Of a stretch of 64,000 nt of DNA, positions 32,301 through 46,309 are shown one piece after another (the first letter of the stretch is position 1; every line of letters starts with the position of its first letter). The stretch is from assembly GCA_963675525.2 (NCBI GenBank), contig CAXXSL010000016.1, positions 998,007-1,062,006 of the forward strand, written 5' to 3'. The stretch is from Anaerohalosphaeraceae bacterium (GTDB lineage Bacteria; Planctomycetota; Phycisphaerae; Sedimentisphaerales; Anaerohalosphaeraceae). The translations under genes were made by a program, and so were the position numbers. Under the pieces are notes generated by a model that did not search any database, was not told the origin of the DNA, and saw only the letters and a list, made by a program, of their open reading frames with translations.

Positions 32301-34128
32301 CGCATCCGACACCACCGGCAACGCCTGGAACGGCACGCTGGTCAACGGCCCGCTCTGGACAGCCGGAAAGTTCAGTAATGCCGTGGATCTGGACGGTACG
32401 AATGACTATGTCACCTTACCGGCAGGCGTGGTCGACGGCCTGACCGACTGCACGATTTCTACGTGGGTTTACCTGGATACGGTCAGTACCTGGTCGCGTG
32501 TGTTTGACTTTGGAAACGATACAAATGTCTATATGTTCCTGACGCCCAGCAATGGTGTCACCGGGTCGGTGCGTTTTGCGATTACGACCAACAGTAACGG
32601 CGGCGAGGATATCGTCAGCGGTACGCAACCGCTTCCACCGGACGTCTGGACGCATGTGGCGGTCACACTGAGTGGAAATACAGGTGTTTTATACGTTAAT
32701 GGCGATGAAGTCGGACGCAACAGTTCGATGACACTCACGCCGAATTCTCTGGGGGCCACGACCAATAACAAAATCGGCTGGTCCCAATGGACCCAATGGG
32801 ATCCCTATCTTGACGGGCGTGTGGATGATTTCCGCATCTACCCTGTCGCTTTGAGCGAGGTCCAAGTGGAGGTACTCTATGCGTCTCAGATTCCTGCTGC
32901 GCCCCCTGCGCCCCCGACGGGGCTGAGTGCGACAGCAGTCTCAAGCAGTCAGATCGATTTGACATGGACCGCCTCTTCCGGTGCAACCAACTACAATGTC
33001 AAACGCTCAGATACCAGCGGGGATCCTTACACGATGATCGCAAGTGCAGGCGGGACTGTTTTTAGTGATACCGGCTTAGAAGAGGGCGCGTCGTATTATT
33101 ACGTGGTTAGCGCCGTCAACAGTGCCGGTGAAAGCAGCGACTCAACGGAAAGTGAAGGGATGACACTATCCATTCCTCCGTCAGCGCCGTCCGGGCTTGC
33201 GGCGACAGCGGGCGACGGTTCGGTGACACTGAACTGGGATGCCAATATCGAGGGTGACATTGCGGGCTATAATGTGTACCGGTCCGCAACATCGGGCAGC
33301 GGGTACACATTACAGAACGGGTCTTTATTGACCAGTTCGGAATATACGGATGACACCGCCGCTAATTTTACGATGTACTACTATGTTGTAACGGCGGTGG
33401 ATTTCGATACCCTTGAAAGCGGTTACAGTAACGAAGTTGAAGCCATGCCGAATGACGAAACCTTCGTCCAACTCAGCGGGGACGATTTTGAAAGCGGCCT
33501 GGGCGACTGGGTGAACATCACTGGCGAAGATTCTCATGACTGGACCCGCGATTCGGGCGGGACACTAACTCCCAATACCGGTCCGGACAGCGGGGCCAAC
33601 GGAAGCACTTGGTATGTTTATCTTGAGACGTCTCCCGGTGCCGCTAACCTCGCCGGAGATACCGCGATCATGGAAAGTCCTGTGATAGCCGGCTATGGAC
33701 GTGTTCTGACATTTTATTACCATATGTACGGTGTCGAAATCGGGACATTGAATGTTGATATTTATGACGGTATCTGGCATACTGGGGTCTGGAACCTTAG
33801 CGGTCAGCAACAGACCGCCGGCAGCGAGGAATATGCCCAGGCCATTGTGAATCTAACGGGTTATACCGGCCCGATTCAGATTCGTTTGCGGGCCGTGGCG
33901 GCAGGAGGCCCACGGGGCGATATGGCCATTGATAACATAGAGGTTACAGGCGGGCTTCTTTATGGCGACATGAATGAGGACCGTATTGTAGATGCAAGTG
34001 ACCTTTCAGAATTTATGGGCTACTGGCTTCAGAATGACTGTAGTCTGGATCTGGATGGTGACTGCGTAATCACTCTGTATGAATATGCTGAGTTTGCAAA
34101 TAACTGGATTGATGATTCATTACAGTAA
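29305..34128 (+). CDS. Multimodular GH43-CBM6-GH30-Fn3-LamG-Fn3-Fn3-MAM-dockerin-like xylanolytic enzyme
   Basis: ADPTA/WAP/FDPG/FEAS GH43; CBM6; YQTIEGLGG, IQNEPD, FMTEF GH30; YYYVVSA Fn3; LamG; MAM (LTFYYHMYG, GDMAIDNI); GDMNED..DLDGDC. Confidence 0.9.
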   Translation: MRGTTVRTIDSKMLLKVFVTVVVCMTISLAWGDYPIMSQHYAADPTAVEWNGRIYVYCSNDEENGEDTGYIMDSIACFSTDDLKNWTDHGVVFDADELSSWYSGTAWAPCIAVNNGQLYLYFGDAGLGIGVVTGSSPTGPFTAPKNSLVVSRSTPGADSVWLFDPGVFVDDDGTPYMYFGGEGADQCRYIELNPNMYDSVGSAVPIYFPDFFEASHMHKYNGTYYLSYADNYNSDYTDPTPTPGSQIAYMTSSSPTGPFTYQGVALGPPADNYGNNNHHTFFTYQGQWYCVYHNRYQAGIDGVSTTEHRNICLDRMYYNPDGTIQQIVPTQDGLTQLKNLNPFVRVEGETLNAQSGLNTEVCSEGGMNITDISNGDWVRIRGVDFLTGANSFEASVASISSGGNIELRLDSLTGTLIGTCAVGNTGGDQTWTTAVCAVSGVSGVHDLYLRFTGSGDDLFNLDWWQFQTESLAFANISVNASTVYQTIEGLGGAVCFYNGWFTAHPYKQEIFDDAFSGLKISMLRLGNWWRGTDGQDTATYEIVSAANQRLNYSVPILMSSWSPPAYLKSNGEVGNGGTLIQIDGEYDYAGFADYWYDSLQDYIAHGVTPTWIGIQNEPDWTAGYDSCRFDPTEDQYASFALAQDAVYQILQANMASSPKLLGPECVGLYGNAAGLQNYMAQMNPNTFYGIAHHLYGGSTDGTPDGYNSAFTAVLNASNNLFPGKPRFMTEFGDIKGLIPCANLIHNSLVVEQVSGYNHWCLMWPGDIGLVEIENPFDQGNWTTQNGYWLNPSYWSMKHYCYFIRPGYKRVQTTSTDSDVLVSSYLSPDDKKLVTVFINRNTADPVYTTLNTGSFQYDQSSVYQTEGENHFVSLGPVSGSQLILPASSVTTVVLNRNAPLIPTGLIATELSSTQINLTWTGSAGATSYNIKRSTTSGGPYTTIAGDIPTAAFSDTSVIQGTTYYYVVSANTAEGESYDSDEATAISLHAYLKFNETSGTTASDTTGNAWNGTLVNGPLWTAGKFSNAVDLDGTNDYVTLPAGVVDGLTDCTISTWVYLDTVSTWSRVFDFGNDTNVYMFLTPSNGVTGSVRFAITTNSNGGEDIVSGTQPLPPDVWTHVAVTLSGNTGVLYVNGDEVGRNSSMTLTPNSLGATTNNKIGWSQWTQWDPYLDGRVDDFRIYPVALSEVQVEVLYASQIPAAPPAPPTGLSATAVSSSQIDLTWTASSGATNYNVKRSDTSGDPYTMIASAGGTVFSDTGLEEGASYYYVVSAVNSAGESSDSTESEGMTLSIPPSAPSGLAATAGDGSVTLNWDANIEGDIAGYNVYRSATSGSGYTLQNGSLLTSSEYTDDTAANFTMYYYVVTAVDFDTLESGYSNEVEAMPNDETFVQLSGDDFESGLGDWVNITGEDSHDWTRDSGGTLTPNTGPDSGANGSTWYVYLETSPGAANLAGDTAIMESPVIAGYGRVLTFYYHMYGVEIGTLNVDIYDGIWHTGVWNLSGQQQTAGSEEYAQAIVNLTGYTGPIQIRLRAVAAGGPRGDMAIDNIEVTGGLLYGDMNEDRIVDASDLSEFMGYWLQNDCSLDLDGDCVITLYEYAEFANNWIDDSLQ

Positions 34129-34161
34129 ATGCTACCATATATATATTTTAGGAAGTGAAAA

Positions 34162-35754
34162 ATGATTATGAAACAAACGATGAGATGGAACTCTATGGTG
34201 TTGCTGGTCTTGCTATGCCTTTTTCTAAATGTTGTAACGGCAGAACCGACAAGAAATCCCATCATCTGGGCTGATGTTCCGGATGTTGCGGTCATCCGTG
34301 TGGGTGACACCTACTACATGAGCAGTACCACCATGCATATGAGTCCGGGACTGCCGATCATGAAATCGAAGGATCTGGTCAACTGGAATCTGGTTGGCTA
34401 TGCCTATGACCGGCTGGTCGAAAATGATGCAATGAACATGGAAAACGGAAAAAATTGCTATGGCCATGGCAGTTGGGCCAGTAGTTTGCGTTACCACAAC
34501 GGCACCTACTACGTATCGACATTCTCCAGCACAAGCGGCAAAACGCATATCTACACCACAAAGGATATAGAAAAGGGAGATTGGAAAGCGACTTCGTTTT
34601 CGCCTTCTTTGCACGATAATTCCCTCTTTTTCGATGATGACGGGCACGTTTATATGATCTATGGCGCCGGAAGACTGACGCTCGTGGAACTGCAACCCGA
34701 TCTCTCAGGTATCAAGCCCGACGGAATCAATAAAGTCATTATCGAAAACACCAATGTACTATTTGGCGAAAATGAGGTAGGGGGCCTGAATGGCGAGGGT
34801 TCCCAGTTGATCAAGGTGAACAGCAACTATTACCTGCTTAACATTGCTTCGCCCAGGAGCCGCTGGTCCCGTTCTGTCCTGATCCACCGAGCGGATAAGA
34901 TTACAGGTCCCTATGAAGGATGCGTTGCCCTTGAGGACAAGGGCGTGGCACAGGGCTGTCTGATCGATACGCTGGACGGAAAGTGGTATGCGATGCTGTT
35001 TCAGGACAATGGCTCCGTAGGGCGCTGTCCGTGGATTGTGCCGGTCAAATGGGAGGACGACTGGCCGATATTGGGTGTCGATGGAAAAGCACCCGAGACG
35101 GTCGATATTGACGATACCGAAGAAGGGCTTGGCAATATCGCAGCTTCTGACGAATTCAATCGCATGCCCGGCGAACCGCTGCCCTTGGCGTGGCAGTGGA
35201 ACCATAATCCCGACAACCACTGCTGGTCGATTGGCGAACGGAGCGGTTACCTGCGGCTGACGACCGGACAGGTGGACAGCGAGGTTGTTGGGGCACGTAA
35301 CATCCTCACGCAGCGCACGTTTGGCCCGGTCAGTTCTGCTTCCACGAAAATGGAGGTTGATAGCATGAAAGACGGCGATTTTGCCGGTTTGATTGCTCTG
35401 CAGAAGCAGTACGGTTTTGTTGGGGTGAAAATGGACGGCAACAGCAAATCAATCGTCATGGTGAGTGCCCAGTCTAACAAACCGCAGGAAGTAGAGAGCG
35501 TTCCGCTTGACCAGAAAATCATATATCTCAAGATCGACTGTGACTTCAGAGACCGAACAGACAAGGCTTATTTCTACTACAGCCTGGACGGCAAAACATG
35601 GGTGAAAATTGGCTCCGTCCTGCAAATGTCTTATACACTGCCTCACTTTATGGGATATCGCTTTGGATTGTTCAATTTTGCGACCAAGTCCCCGGGAGGA
35701 CATGTGGACTTTGATTACTACCATGTTACAGATGAAATATCCGCTGCGAAATAA
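34162..35754 (+). CDS. GH43 (two-domain) beta-xylosidase/arabinofuranosidase
   Basis: NPIIWADVPD, SSTTMHMSPG, WASSLRYH, HDNSLFFDDDG, EGSQ, HFMGYRFGLF. Confidence 0.92.
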   Translation: MIMKQTMRWNSMVLLVLLCLFLNVVTAEPTRNPIIWADVPDVAVIRVGDTYYMSSTTMHMSPGLPIMKSKDLVNWNLVGYAYDRLVENDAMNMENGKNCYGHGSWASSLRYHNGTYYVSTFSSTSGKTHIYTTKDIEKGDWKATSFSPSLHDNSLFFDDDGHVYMIYGAGRLTLVELQPDLSGIKPDGINKVIIENTNVLFGENEVGGLNGEGSQLIKVNSNYYLLNIASPRSRWSRSVLIHRADKITGPYEGCVALEDKGVAQGCLIDTLDGKWYAMLFQDNGSVGRCPWIVPVKWEDDWPILGVDGKAPETVDIDDTEEGLGNIAASDEFNRMPGEPLPLAWQWNHNPDNHCWSIGERSGYLRLTTGQVDSEVVGARNILTQRTFGPVSSASTKMEVDSMKDGDFAGLIALQKQYGFVGVKMDGNSKSIVMVSAQSNKPQEVESVPLDQKIIYLKIDCDFRDRTDKAYFYYSLDGKTWVKIGSVLQMSYTLPHFMGYRFGLFNFATKSPGGHVDFDYYHVTDEISAAK

Positions 35755-35802
35755 AAGACAAATACACGAATTACCTCTTTTTGAAATAATGAAAGGTTCA
35801 GT

Positions 35803-37164
35803 TTGATGAACAAGCAATTTACTTTAGAATTACTTTTTCTTTGTCTGTTCGGTGCAACAAGTTCGGTAGTTCAAGCTGATTATCCGATTATGTCGAATCG
35901 CTACCTGGCCGACCCGGCTTCTCTTGTTCATAATGGCCGTGTCTATGTGTACTGCTCAAATGACGATGAAAGCCCGGTTCAGGGTGGCTATAATATCCCG
36001 AATGTTGTGTGTATTTCTACCAGCGACATGAAGAACTGGACGGACCATGGTATCGTTTTTGATGCGGCCCGAGACACCACCTGGGCAAAGAAATCATGGG
36101 CTCCCACCGCGATCGAAAGAGATGGAAAATTCTTCCTGTATTTTGGTAATGGCGGTGCTAATATTGGTGTCGCGGTTTCTGACAGCCCGACAGGTCCGTT
36201 CAAGGACGTTCTCGGTAAAGCTCTGCTTGAGCACGGTACGCCGGGTGTACAGCCGGCCAGAAATATGTGGCTGTTTGACCCGGGTGCCTTTATTGACGAC
36301 GATGGTCAGGCCTATCTGTATTTCGGCGGAAATGGTGACGATAATGTTCGCGTTGCAAAACTCAAACGTGACATGATTACGCTCGATGGCGAAGTCATCA
36401 AGATGAGCGCCCAGAACTTTTTTGAAGCGGCATGGGTGTTCAAACGCAACGGTATTTACTATTTCACGTATTCGGCAAATCCACGAGCCGGAATGAGCTT
36501 CGATTACATGACGAGTACTGAAAGTGCTATCAGCGGCTTTGTTTATGCCGGAAAAACGTCGGACCAGCCGCCTCTGAACGATAATAACCACCACGCTGCC
36601 CAGTTTGAATTCAAAGGCAAATGGTATGAAGTGTATCATAACCGCATTGTTGCCAACGAGGCAGACATTCCCACCGGATTCCGTCGTAATATTGCTCTTG
36701 ACAGCATCGATTTCGATAATGATGGAAAGATTGTCAAGAAGATACCGACTTTGGATAACGTTGTTCAGGTTCGCTTCCTGGATCCATTTAAGCGCGTTGA
36801 AGGTGAAACGTTTAATGCCCAAAAGGGGATTGAAACAGAGCCGTGTAAGGCAGGCGGCATGAATCTCTGTGACATCCAGAATGGTGACTGGATGAAGCTT
36901 AGAGGCGTAAATTTTGGTGATGGTGTCAGATCTTTCAAAGCGTCTGTTGCCGGCGAAAAAGGCGGCAAAATCGAAGTCCGCGTCGGCAGCCCGGAAGGTT
37001 TGGTTCTTGGAACGTGCAATGTTTCCGCGACCGGCGGACCGCAGGAATGGAAAGAAGTCAGTTGTGATATGAGAAGAATTACAGGTGCGATTGATGTCTG
37101 CCTGAAGTTCGTAGGCGACGAAGGCGACCTGTTCAGCATTGACTGGTGGCAGTTTACGAAATAA
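35803..37164 (+). CDS. GH43 arabinoxylan arabinofuranohydrolase-like + CBM6
   Basis: LADP, SWAP, LFDPGAFIDDDG, FFEAA, NNHH, CBM6 ending IDWWQF. Confidence 0.9.
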   Translation: MMNKQFTLELLFLCLFGATSSVVQADYPIMSNRYLADPASLVHNGRVYVYCSNDDESPVQGGYNIPNVVCISTSDMKNWTDHGIVFDAARDTTWAKKSWAPTAIERDGKFFLYFGNGGANIGVAVSDSPTGPFKDVLGKALLEHGTPGVQPARNMWLFDPGAFIDDDGQAYLYFGGNGDDNVRVAKLKRDMITLDGEVIKMSAQNFFEAAWVFKRNGIYYFTYSANPRAGMSFDYMTSTESAISGFVYAGKTSDQPPLNDNNHHAAQFEFKGKWYEVYHNRIVANEADIPTGFRRNIALDSIDFDNDGKIVKKIPTLDNVVQVRFLDPFKRVEGETFNAQKGIETEPCKAGGMNLCDIQNGDWMKLRGVNFGDGVRSFKASVAGEKGGKIEVRVGSPEGLVLGTCNVSATGGPQEWKEVSCDMRRITGAIDVCLKFVGDEGDLFSIDWWQFTK

Positions 37165-37366
37165 CAAAGAAATGAAAATGCACAATTCAGTGCTATGTAA
37201 CAGAAGAAAACACTCGCTATGCGGCCATCCCGGCATTGATTACAGGCGGACTCATGCTGTTTTACCCGCTGAGCAATAAAAAATGCTGGCGATTGAAGCG
37301 GATATTAGCCAGCGGCGCCAGCAGCATGATACAGAAACTAAAAATGTGGAAGGATAAAAAAGAACA

Positions 37367-38422
37367 ATGCAGCATGAAACTGGAATTAGGCCCAAAACCG
37401 CTTTTAATGGAACAATGGAAGCCATTCGGAAAAAGGCAGGTTATATGCCCCCGAAACCACGTTATTTAAAAACACGTATTTACGCGGCTGATCCGCGGGC
37501 CCATGTTTACAATGGGAAGATCTATATTTTTCCCTCGCATGATATCGATGCCGGAATTCCTGAGGATGATACAGGCGCTCACTTCGATATGCGCGATTAT
37601 CACGTCTATTCAATGGAAGATCCCGAAGGGGATGTGATCGACCATGGGGTCGCTCTCGATATCAAAGATGTTCCTTGGGCTCTCCGCCAAATGTGGTCGA
37701 ACGATGTTGCTCAAAAGGGCGGAACCTATTATATGTATTTTCCTGCAAAAGACAAAGACGACATTTTCCGTATCGGCGTTGCAGTAAGTGATAAACCCGA
37801 AGGGCCGTACAAGGCAATGCCGGAGCCGATGAGGGGAAGTTTCAGTATCGATCCATCGACATATTTTGACGATGACGGTACGCACTATGTGTATTTTGGC
37901 GGGATTTGGGGCGGCCAGCTGCAACGGTATAAAACCGGCAAGTATGAAGATAACGACGACTTAAGAAAACCGTCAGAACCTGCGATCTGTGCCAAAGTGG
38001 CCAGGTTGTCTGGCGATATGCTCGAATTCGGAGAAGAACCGCGTAATGTTGTGATTCTCGATGATTCCGGAAACCCGCTCAAAACCAAAGACGAGGACCG
38101 TCGGTTTTTCGAAGCTGGGTGGATGCACACATACAACGGAAAATATTATTTCTCGTATTCAACAGGGAATACGCATCTGCTTTGTTATGCGGTGGGCGAT
38201 AACCCCTACGGGCCGTTTACCTATCAAGGGGTTGTCATGACGCCTGTTGTTGGATGGACCACACATCATTCCATTCTCGAATACAAAGGAAAATGGTATT
38301 TGTTCCATCACGACAGTAAACCATCGGGCGGGAAAACCTGGTTGCGCAGCATGAAAGTGGTCGATTTAAACTATCGTGAAGATGGTTCTATTGAAACAAT
38401 TGACGGAAACGCTGACGAATAA
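37367..38422 (+). CDS. GH43 (subfamily 1-like) xylosidase/arabinosidase, no clear signal peptide
   Basis: AADP.AHV, SHDID, FDMRDYH, FGGIWGGQLQ, RRFFEA, GWTTHHSI. Confidence 0.92.
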   Translation: MQHETGIRPKTAFNGTMEAIRKKAGYMPPKPRYLKTRIYAADPRAHVYNGKIYIFPSHDIDAGIPEDDTGAHFDMRDYHVYSMEDPEGDVIDHGVALDIKDVPWALRQMWSNDVAQKGGTYYMYFPAKDKDDIFRIGVAVSDKPEGPYKAMPEPMRGSFSIDPSTYFDDDGTHYVYFGGIWGGQLQRYKTGKYEDNDDLRKPSEPAICAKVARLSGDMLEFGEEPRNVVILDDSGNPLKTKDEDRRFFEAGWMHTYNGKYYFSYSTGNTHLLCYAVGDNPYGPFTYQGVVMTPVVGWTTHHSILEYKGKWYLFHHDSKPSGGKTWLRSMKVVDLNYREDGSIETIDGNADE

Positions 38423-38482
38423 AGGTGCGATTGTGATTTGCAAAAGGTTATCTTGACTGTTACTAAATTAAGGAGAATTACA

Positions 38483-41989
<3,507 letters not shown>

Positions 41990-42112
41990 GCACGTTTGCT
42001 CTTCCTGCCGAGGGGGATAAACTGGAAATCGTTAGCACAATTACGTGCATCATATCCGATTCGCGGGATGTGTTGCAAATTACATAATGGCCCTGACGGA
42101 AGGATTAGATAG

Positions 42113-45100
42113 ATGAAAAAAATATTCTGTATGATGATATTCGTTGCTTTGTGTTTTTCTGTAGCAGCGATTGCCGACGATGAAAGCACTCAAGATGTAA
42201 ACGATTCACGCGGAAAGATGAAGCCCTGGGACAAAGGCGCATGGGAAGCCGGAAAGTGTCGCAATGTGTTCCTTGAGGCAGGATACAAACAGGAAGACAT
42301 TGATACCAAATTGGCCAGGGCGTATTATGACCTGTTTGAAGGGCCAAATCGGGTCTATTTTGAGGTGGGTGATGACATGGCGTATGTGTCGGACCTTAAG
42401 AACCACGATGCGCGCACCGAGGGTCTTTCGTATGGAATGATGGTGGCAGTCCAGTTGAATAAGAAAGACGTCTTTGACCGTTTGTGGCGTTGGACTGTAA
42501 AATACATGCAGCACCAGGAAGGCTCGCGCCAGGCCTATTTTGCCTGGTCAGTTAATCCCCAGACAGGTAAACAAAATTCGCCGGGTTCCGCATCGGATGG
42601 CGAATTCTATTTCGTGACCGATTTGTTATTTGCATCCAATCGCTGGGGCAATGGACACGGGCATTGACTATTACGGCCAGGCCAGACGAATTCTGGATGC
42701 CATGTGGAGCAAGGATGGAACCGGCGGGATCCGAAACGTCATCAACACCGAACACAAAATGATCACGTTTGTACCGGAAGGCAGAGGATACAATTGGACG
42801 GATCCGTCCTACCATGTACCGGCGTTTTTTGAGATCTGGGCCGAATACGCCAAAGACGGACATGAAGACTTCTATCGCGAGTGTGCTGATGTCTCCCGCC
42901 AGTTCCTGCACAAAGCCTGTCACCCGGTGACCGGTCTGACCCCGGATTATGCAGAGTTTAGCGGTGACCCTCTTGGTGGAGAATGAGTGCATTTGGCTTT
43001 GACTCCTGGAGGGTGCCCATGAACATCGCCATGGACTATTCCTGGTACGCAAAGGACAAGGAATGGCAACAGGGCTATTGCAGACGGCTTCAGGACTTTC
43101 TGTTTTCCCGAGGTATCGACACCTTTGAGGATCAGTTCAACGTCGATGGAACAGCTCGTGAAAGGATCATGGGTGCCGGAGGATATCGTAAATTGCGTCA
43201 TTCCCTGGGGTGGGTCAGCACAACGGCGGCGGCCTCGATCATGGGCACCCAGGCAAAAAGCTGGAAGTTTGTCGATGCCGTTTGGAACGCTAAACTGGAG
43301 CCCTATGAAGACGGCTACTTCGATCCATATTATGACGGCTTTCTGTATCTGTTCAGCTTGATGCACCTGAGCGGCAATTACAGGATTATAAAACCGGTAG
43401 CGACTGAAAATCCATTGGAACCTATAAAGCTTCTGAGACCTGCTGCTCAAGAAGATTATTCTTATTGCGTTTTGGAAAGCGGGGTACAACTACGTATCGG
43501 CGATACCGTGAAAAACATCCTATTCTATGGCCCGGCCACGGTTCGCGTGAATGAAAATCTTGGCTGCAGCTACTGGGAGCATCCCAGTATTGTTGTTGTG
43601 GGCAAGCCCGCGGCAGTTCCGTTCAAGGTGCTGGAGACACCGGACACTATTACGATCGTATCAGACAAGCTTCAGATCAAGGCTGATAAAAAGACCGGGG
43701 CGCTGACGTTTATGGATGGAACCGGCAAGGTATTGACGCAGGAACGTGCCCAAAACCATGCCGAAATTAAGAAAGTGGAGATATCCGGGGCTCCGACCTA
43801 CGAAGTGTCGAACACCTTTACCCTGAAGCCGGACGAAGGGTGGTACGGATTCGGATATGTTGATGCCGCTCCGACCAAAATCAATCGGCGCGGGCAGCAA
43901 CTGCTGCTGATCCAGACGAATATGGGAATCGTCATCCCCATGATCATATCCTCCGAACGCTACGGCATCATGTGGGATACCTATTCCATCATGCGATTCA
44001 AAGACGATGCGACCGGTGCCACGCTGTGGGCAGAAAGCGCACCGGGTGGTGTGGATTACTATGTCTTTGCAGGCGATACCATGGACGACGTGATTGCCGG
44101 ATACCGTGACCTGACCGGCAATGCGCCCATGTATCCCAAGCAGGCGCTTGGTCTAATCATGAGTAAAGAGCGTTATCAGACACAGGAACGCATTATTGAA
44201 GTGGCCAGAACCTTTCGCAAGGAGCAGTTCCCGCTGGATTACATTGTGCAGGACTGGCAGTACTGGGGCTCCGATAAGGATGGTACGTGGAGCGGTATGA
44301 TTTGGAATCCGCAGCGTTATCCTGACCCCGAAGGCATGACCAAGGTAATTCACGATTTGCACATGAAGTTGATGATCTCCATCTGGCCGTCTGTGGGCAA
44401 CGATACGCCTTTGGCCCATGAACTGGACCAATACGGCCTGCGTTTCGAGCCGCTGCATTGGATCTCAAGGAAGGCTCGCATCTATGATGCCTTCAGCGAA
44501 AAGGGACGCGAAATCTACTTCAAGCACATCAAAGAGGGACTGCTCGACAAGGGCGTGGATGCTCTCTGGATGGATGGTACCGAAGTTGAGGTGGGTACAG
44601 CCTGCTGGAATGCCAACGAGGTGGCGCGCGACATCAAGAAACTGGGTATCAATGCCATGGGCGATTTCTCGCGTTATCTGAATCCCTATACGCTTATGAC
44701 CACCAAGGGCACCTACGAGGGCCAGCGTGCGGTCAACAATCAGCGTGTCTTCACGCTGACTCGTTCTGCCTGGTGCGGTGCGCAGCGTTATGCCGCTGCC
44801 TCCTGGTCGGGCGATTCCTCCGCAAGTTGGGATACCTTCAAGGCCCAGATGGCCGGCGGACTGGATGTGACCATGTCGGGTAATGCCTGGTGGACACAGG
44901 ACATCGGCGGCTTCTTTGTCAATAATTTCCCCGGCGGAGAACAGAATGAAGCCTATCGCGAACTTTTTACCCGCTGGTATCAGTTTGGAGCTTTCAACCC
45001 GATCTTTCGTATCCACGGAACCAACATCGAGCGAGAGCCCTATATATTCAAGGAAATAGATCCAGAGATGTACCAAGCCCTGCTGGACATCACCCATCTG

Positions 45101-46246
45101 CGTTATCGCCTGATGCCGTATCTTTACAGCCAGAGCTGGAAAGTTACGAGCGAAGGCTACACGCTGATGCGCGGCCTGCCGTTGGATTTTCCGGACGATG
45201 TCAAGGCACGCAACATTAGCGACGCCTTTATGTTCGGCCCGGCGTTCCTAGTCCATCCGGTTACCCATGCCATGTATCGTATGGGTACTCCACCGGCCCC
45301 AACCCTGCCGGCGGCGTTCCTGCAAACCCCGGACGGCAAGCCCGGTCTGGCCGTACAGTATTTTGCCGGTGTCAACTTCGATACCCCCAAGGGCAGGGGG
45401 ATTGACAAGGTCGTCGATCATGACTGGCCCGGTCCGCCGCTGGCCGATCCCCCCGGTGGTCTGGACGTACTTAACAATTTCTCTGCGCGTTGGGAGGGAT
45501 TTCTGGTTGCACCGGAAGACGGCGAATATGAAATCGGGGTCGAAGGCGACGATGGTTTCCGTCTGTATCTTGATGGTAAGAAGGTCGTGGAGGATTGGAG
45601 CCAGGCCGCCGCACGCTATCGCAGCACAAAGGTCACACTTAGAAAGGGGCAAAAAGTGCTGCTGAAGATGGAATTCTACCAGGGTGGAGGCGAGCGCGTT
45701 ATGCGTCTTGGTTGGCGCACCCCCAGTGATATTCGCGATCTGCAGAATGGAAAGAAAAGTATGAATAATGTAATGGAAACCTATCTTCCGGCCGGTGCGG
45801 ATTGGTACGATTTTTGGACCAATGAGAAATATGAAGGCGGCCGGACGGCAGAGAAAGAATGTCCACTCAATATCCTGCCGTTGTATGTACGCGCTGGTTC
45901 AATCGTACCGATGGGGCCTGTATTGCAGTATGCGACCGAAAAACCGGATGCGCCGTACGAGATCCGCATCTATCCGGGGGCCGATGCAACGTTCACTCTT
46001 TACGAGGACGACAATGAAACCTATAACTATGAAAAGGGCGAATACGCCACCTACGATCTGGTCTGGAACGATTCGGCGAGGACGTTAACTGTCGGACCTC
46101 GCAAGGGCGCATTCCCCGAGATGGTTACCGAACGAACACTCAATATCGTGCTTACCGTACCTGGCAAAAATGCCGGGATAGAAACGGGTGTCGCAGACGC
46201 CAAGACGGTGAACTACATCGGTGAACCGATTGTGGTGAAATTCTGA
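42113..46246 (+). CDS. Apparent GH8 exo-oligoxylanase (Rex-like) fused to GH31 alpha-xylosidase with PA14; frameshifts near 42650 and 42980
   Basis: GH8: DARTEGLSYGMM, ASDGE, TDPSYH, FDSWRV, LMHLSGNYRII. Continues without a stop into GH31: SKERY, IVQDWQYW, WMDGTE, WSGD, RIHGT, YEDD. Confidence 0.85.
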
Positions 46247-46309
46247 TTAATTGACCTCTGTCAATAATCTATGAAAGTTCTTCAAGAAACTTAAACAAGG
46301 AATAATATA

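Noticed and set aside
36094..37236. 380-aa antisense ORF
   Set aside because: Shadow of the GH43-CBM6 gene.
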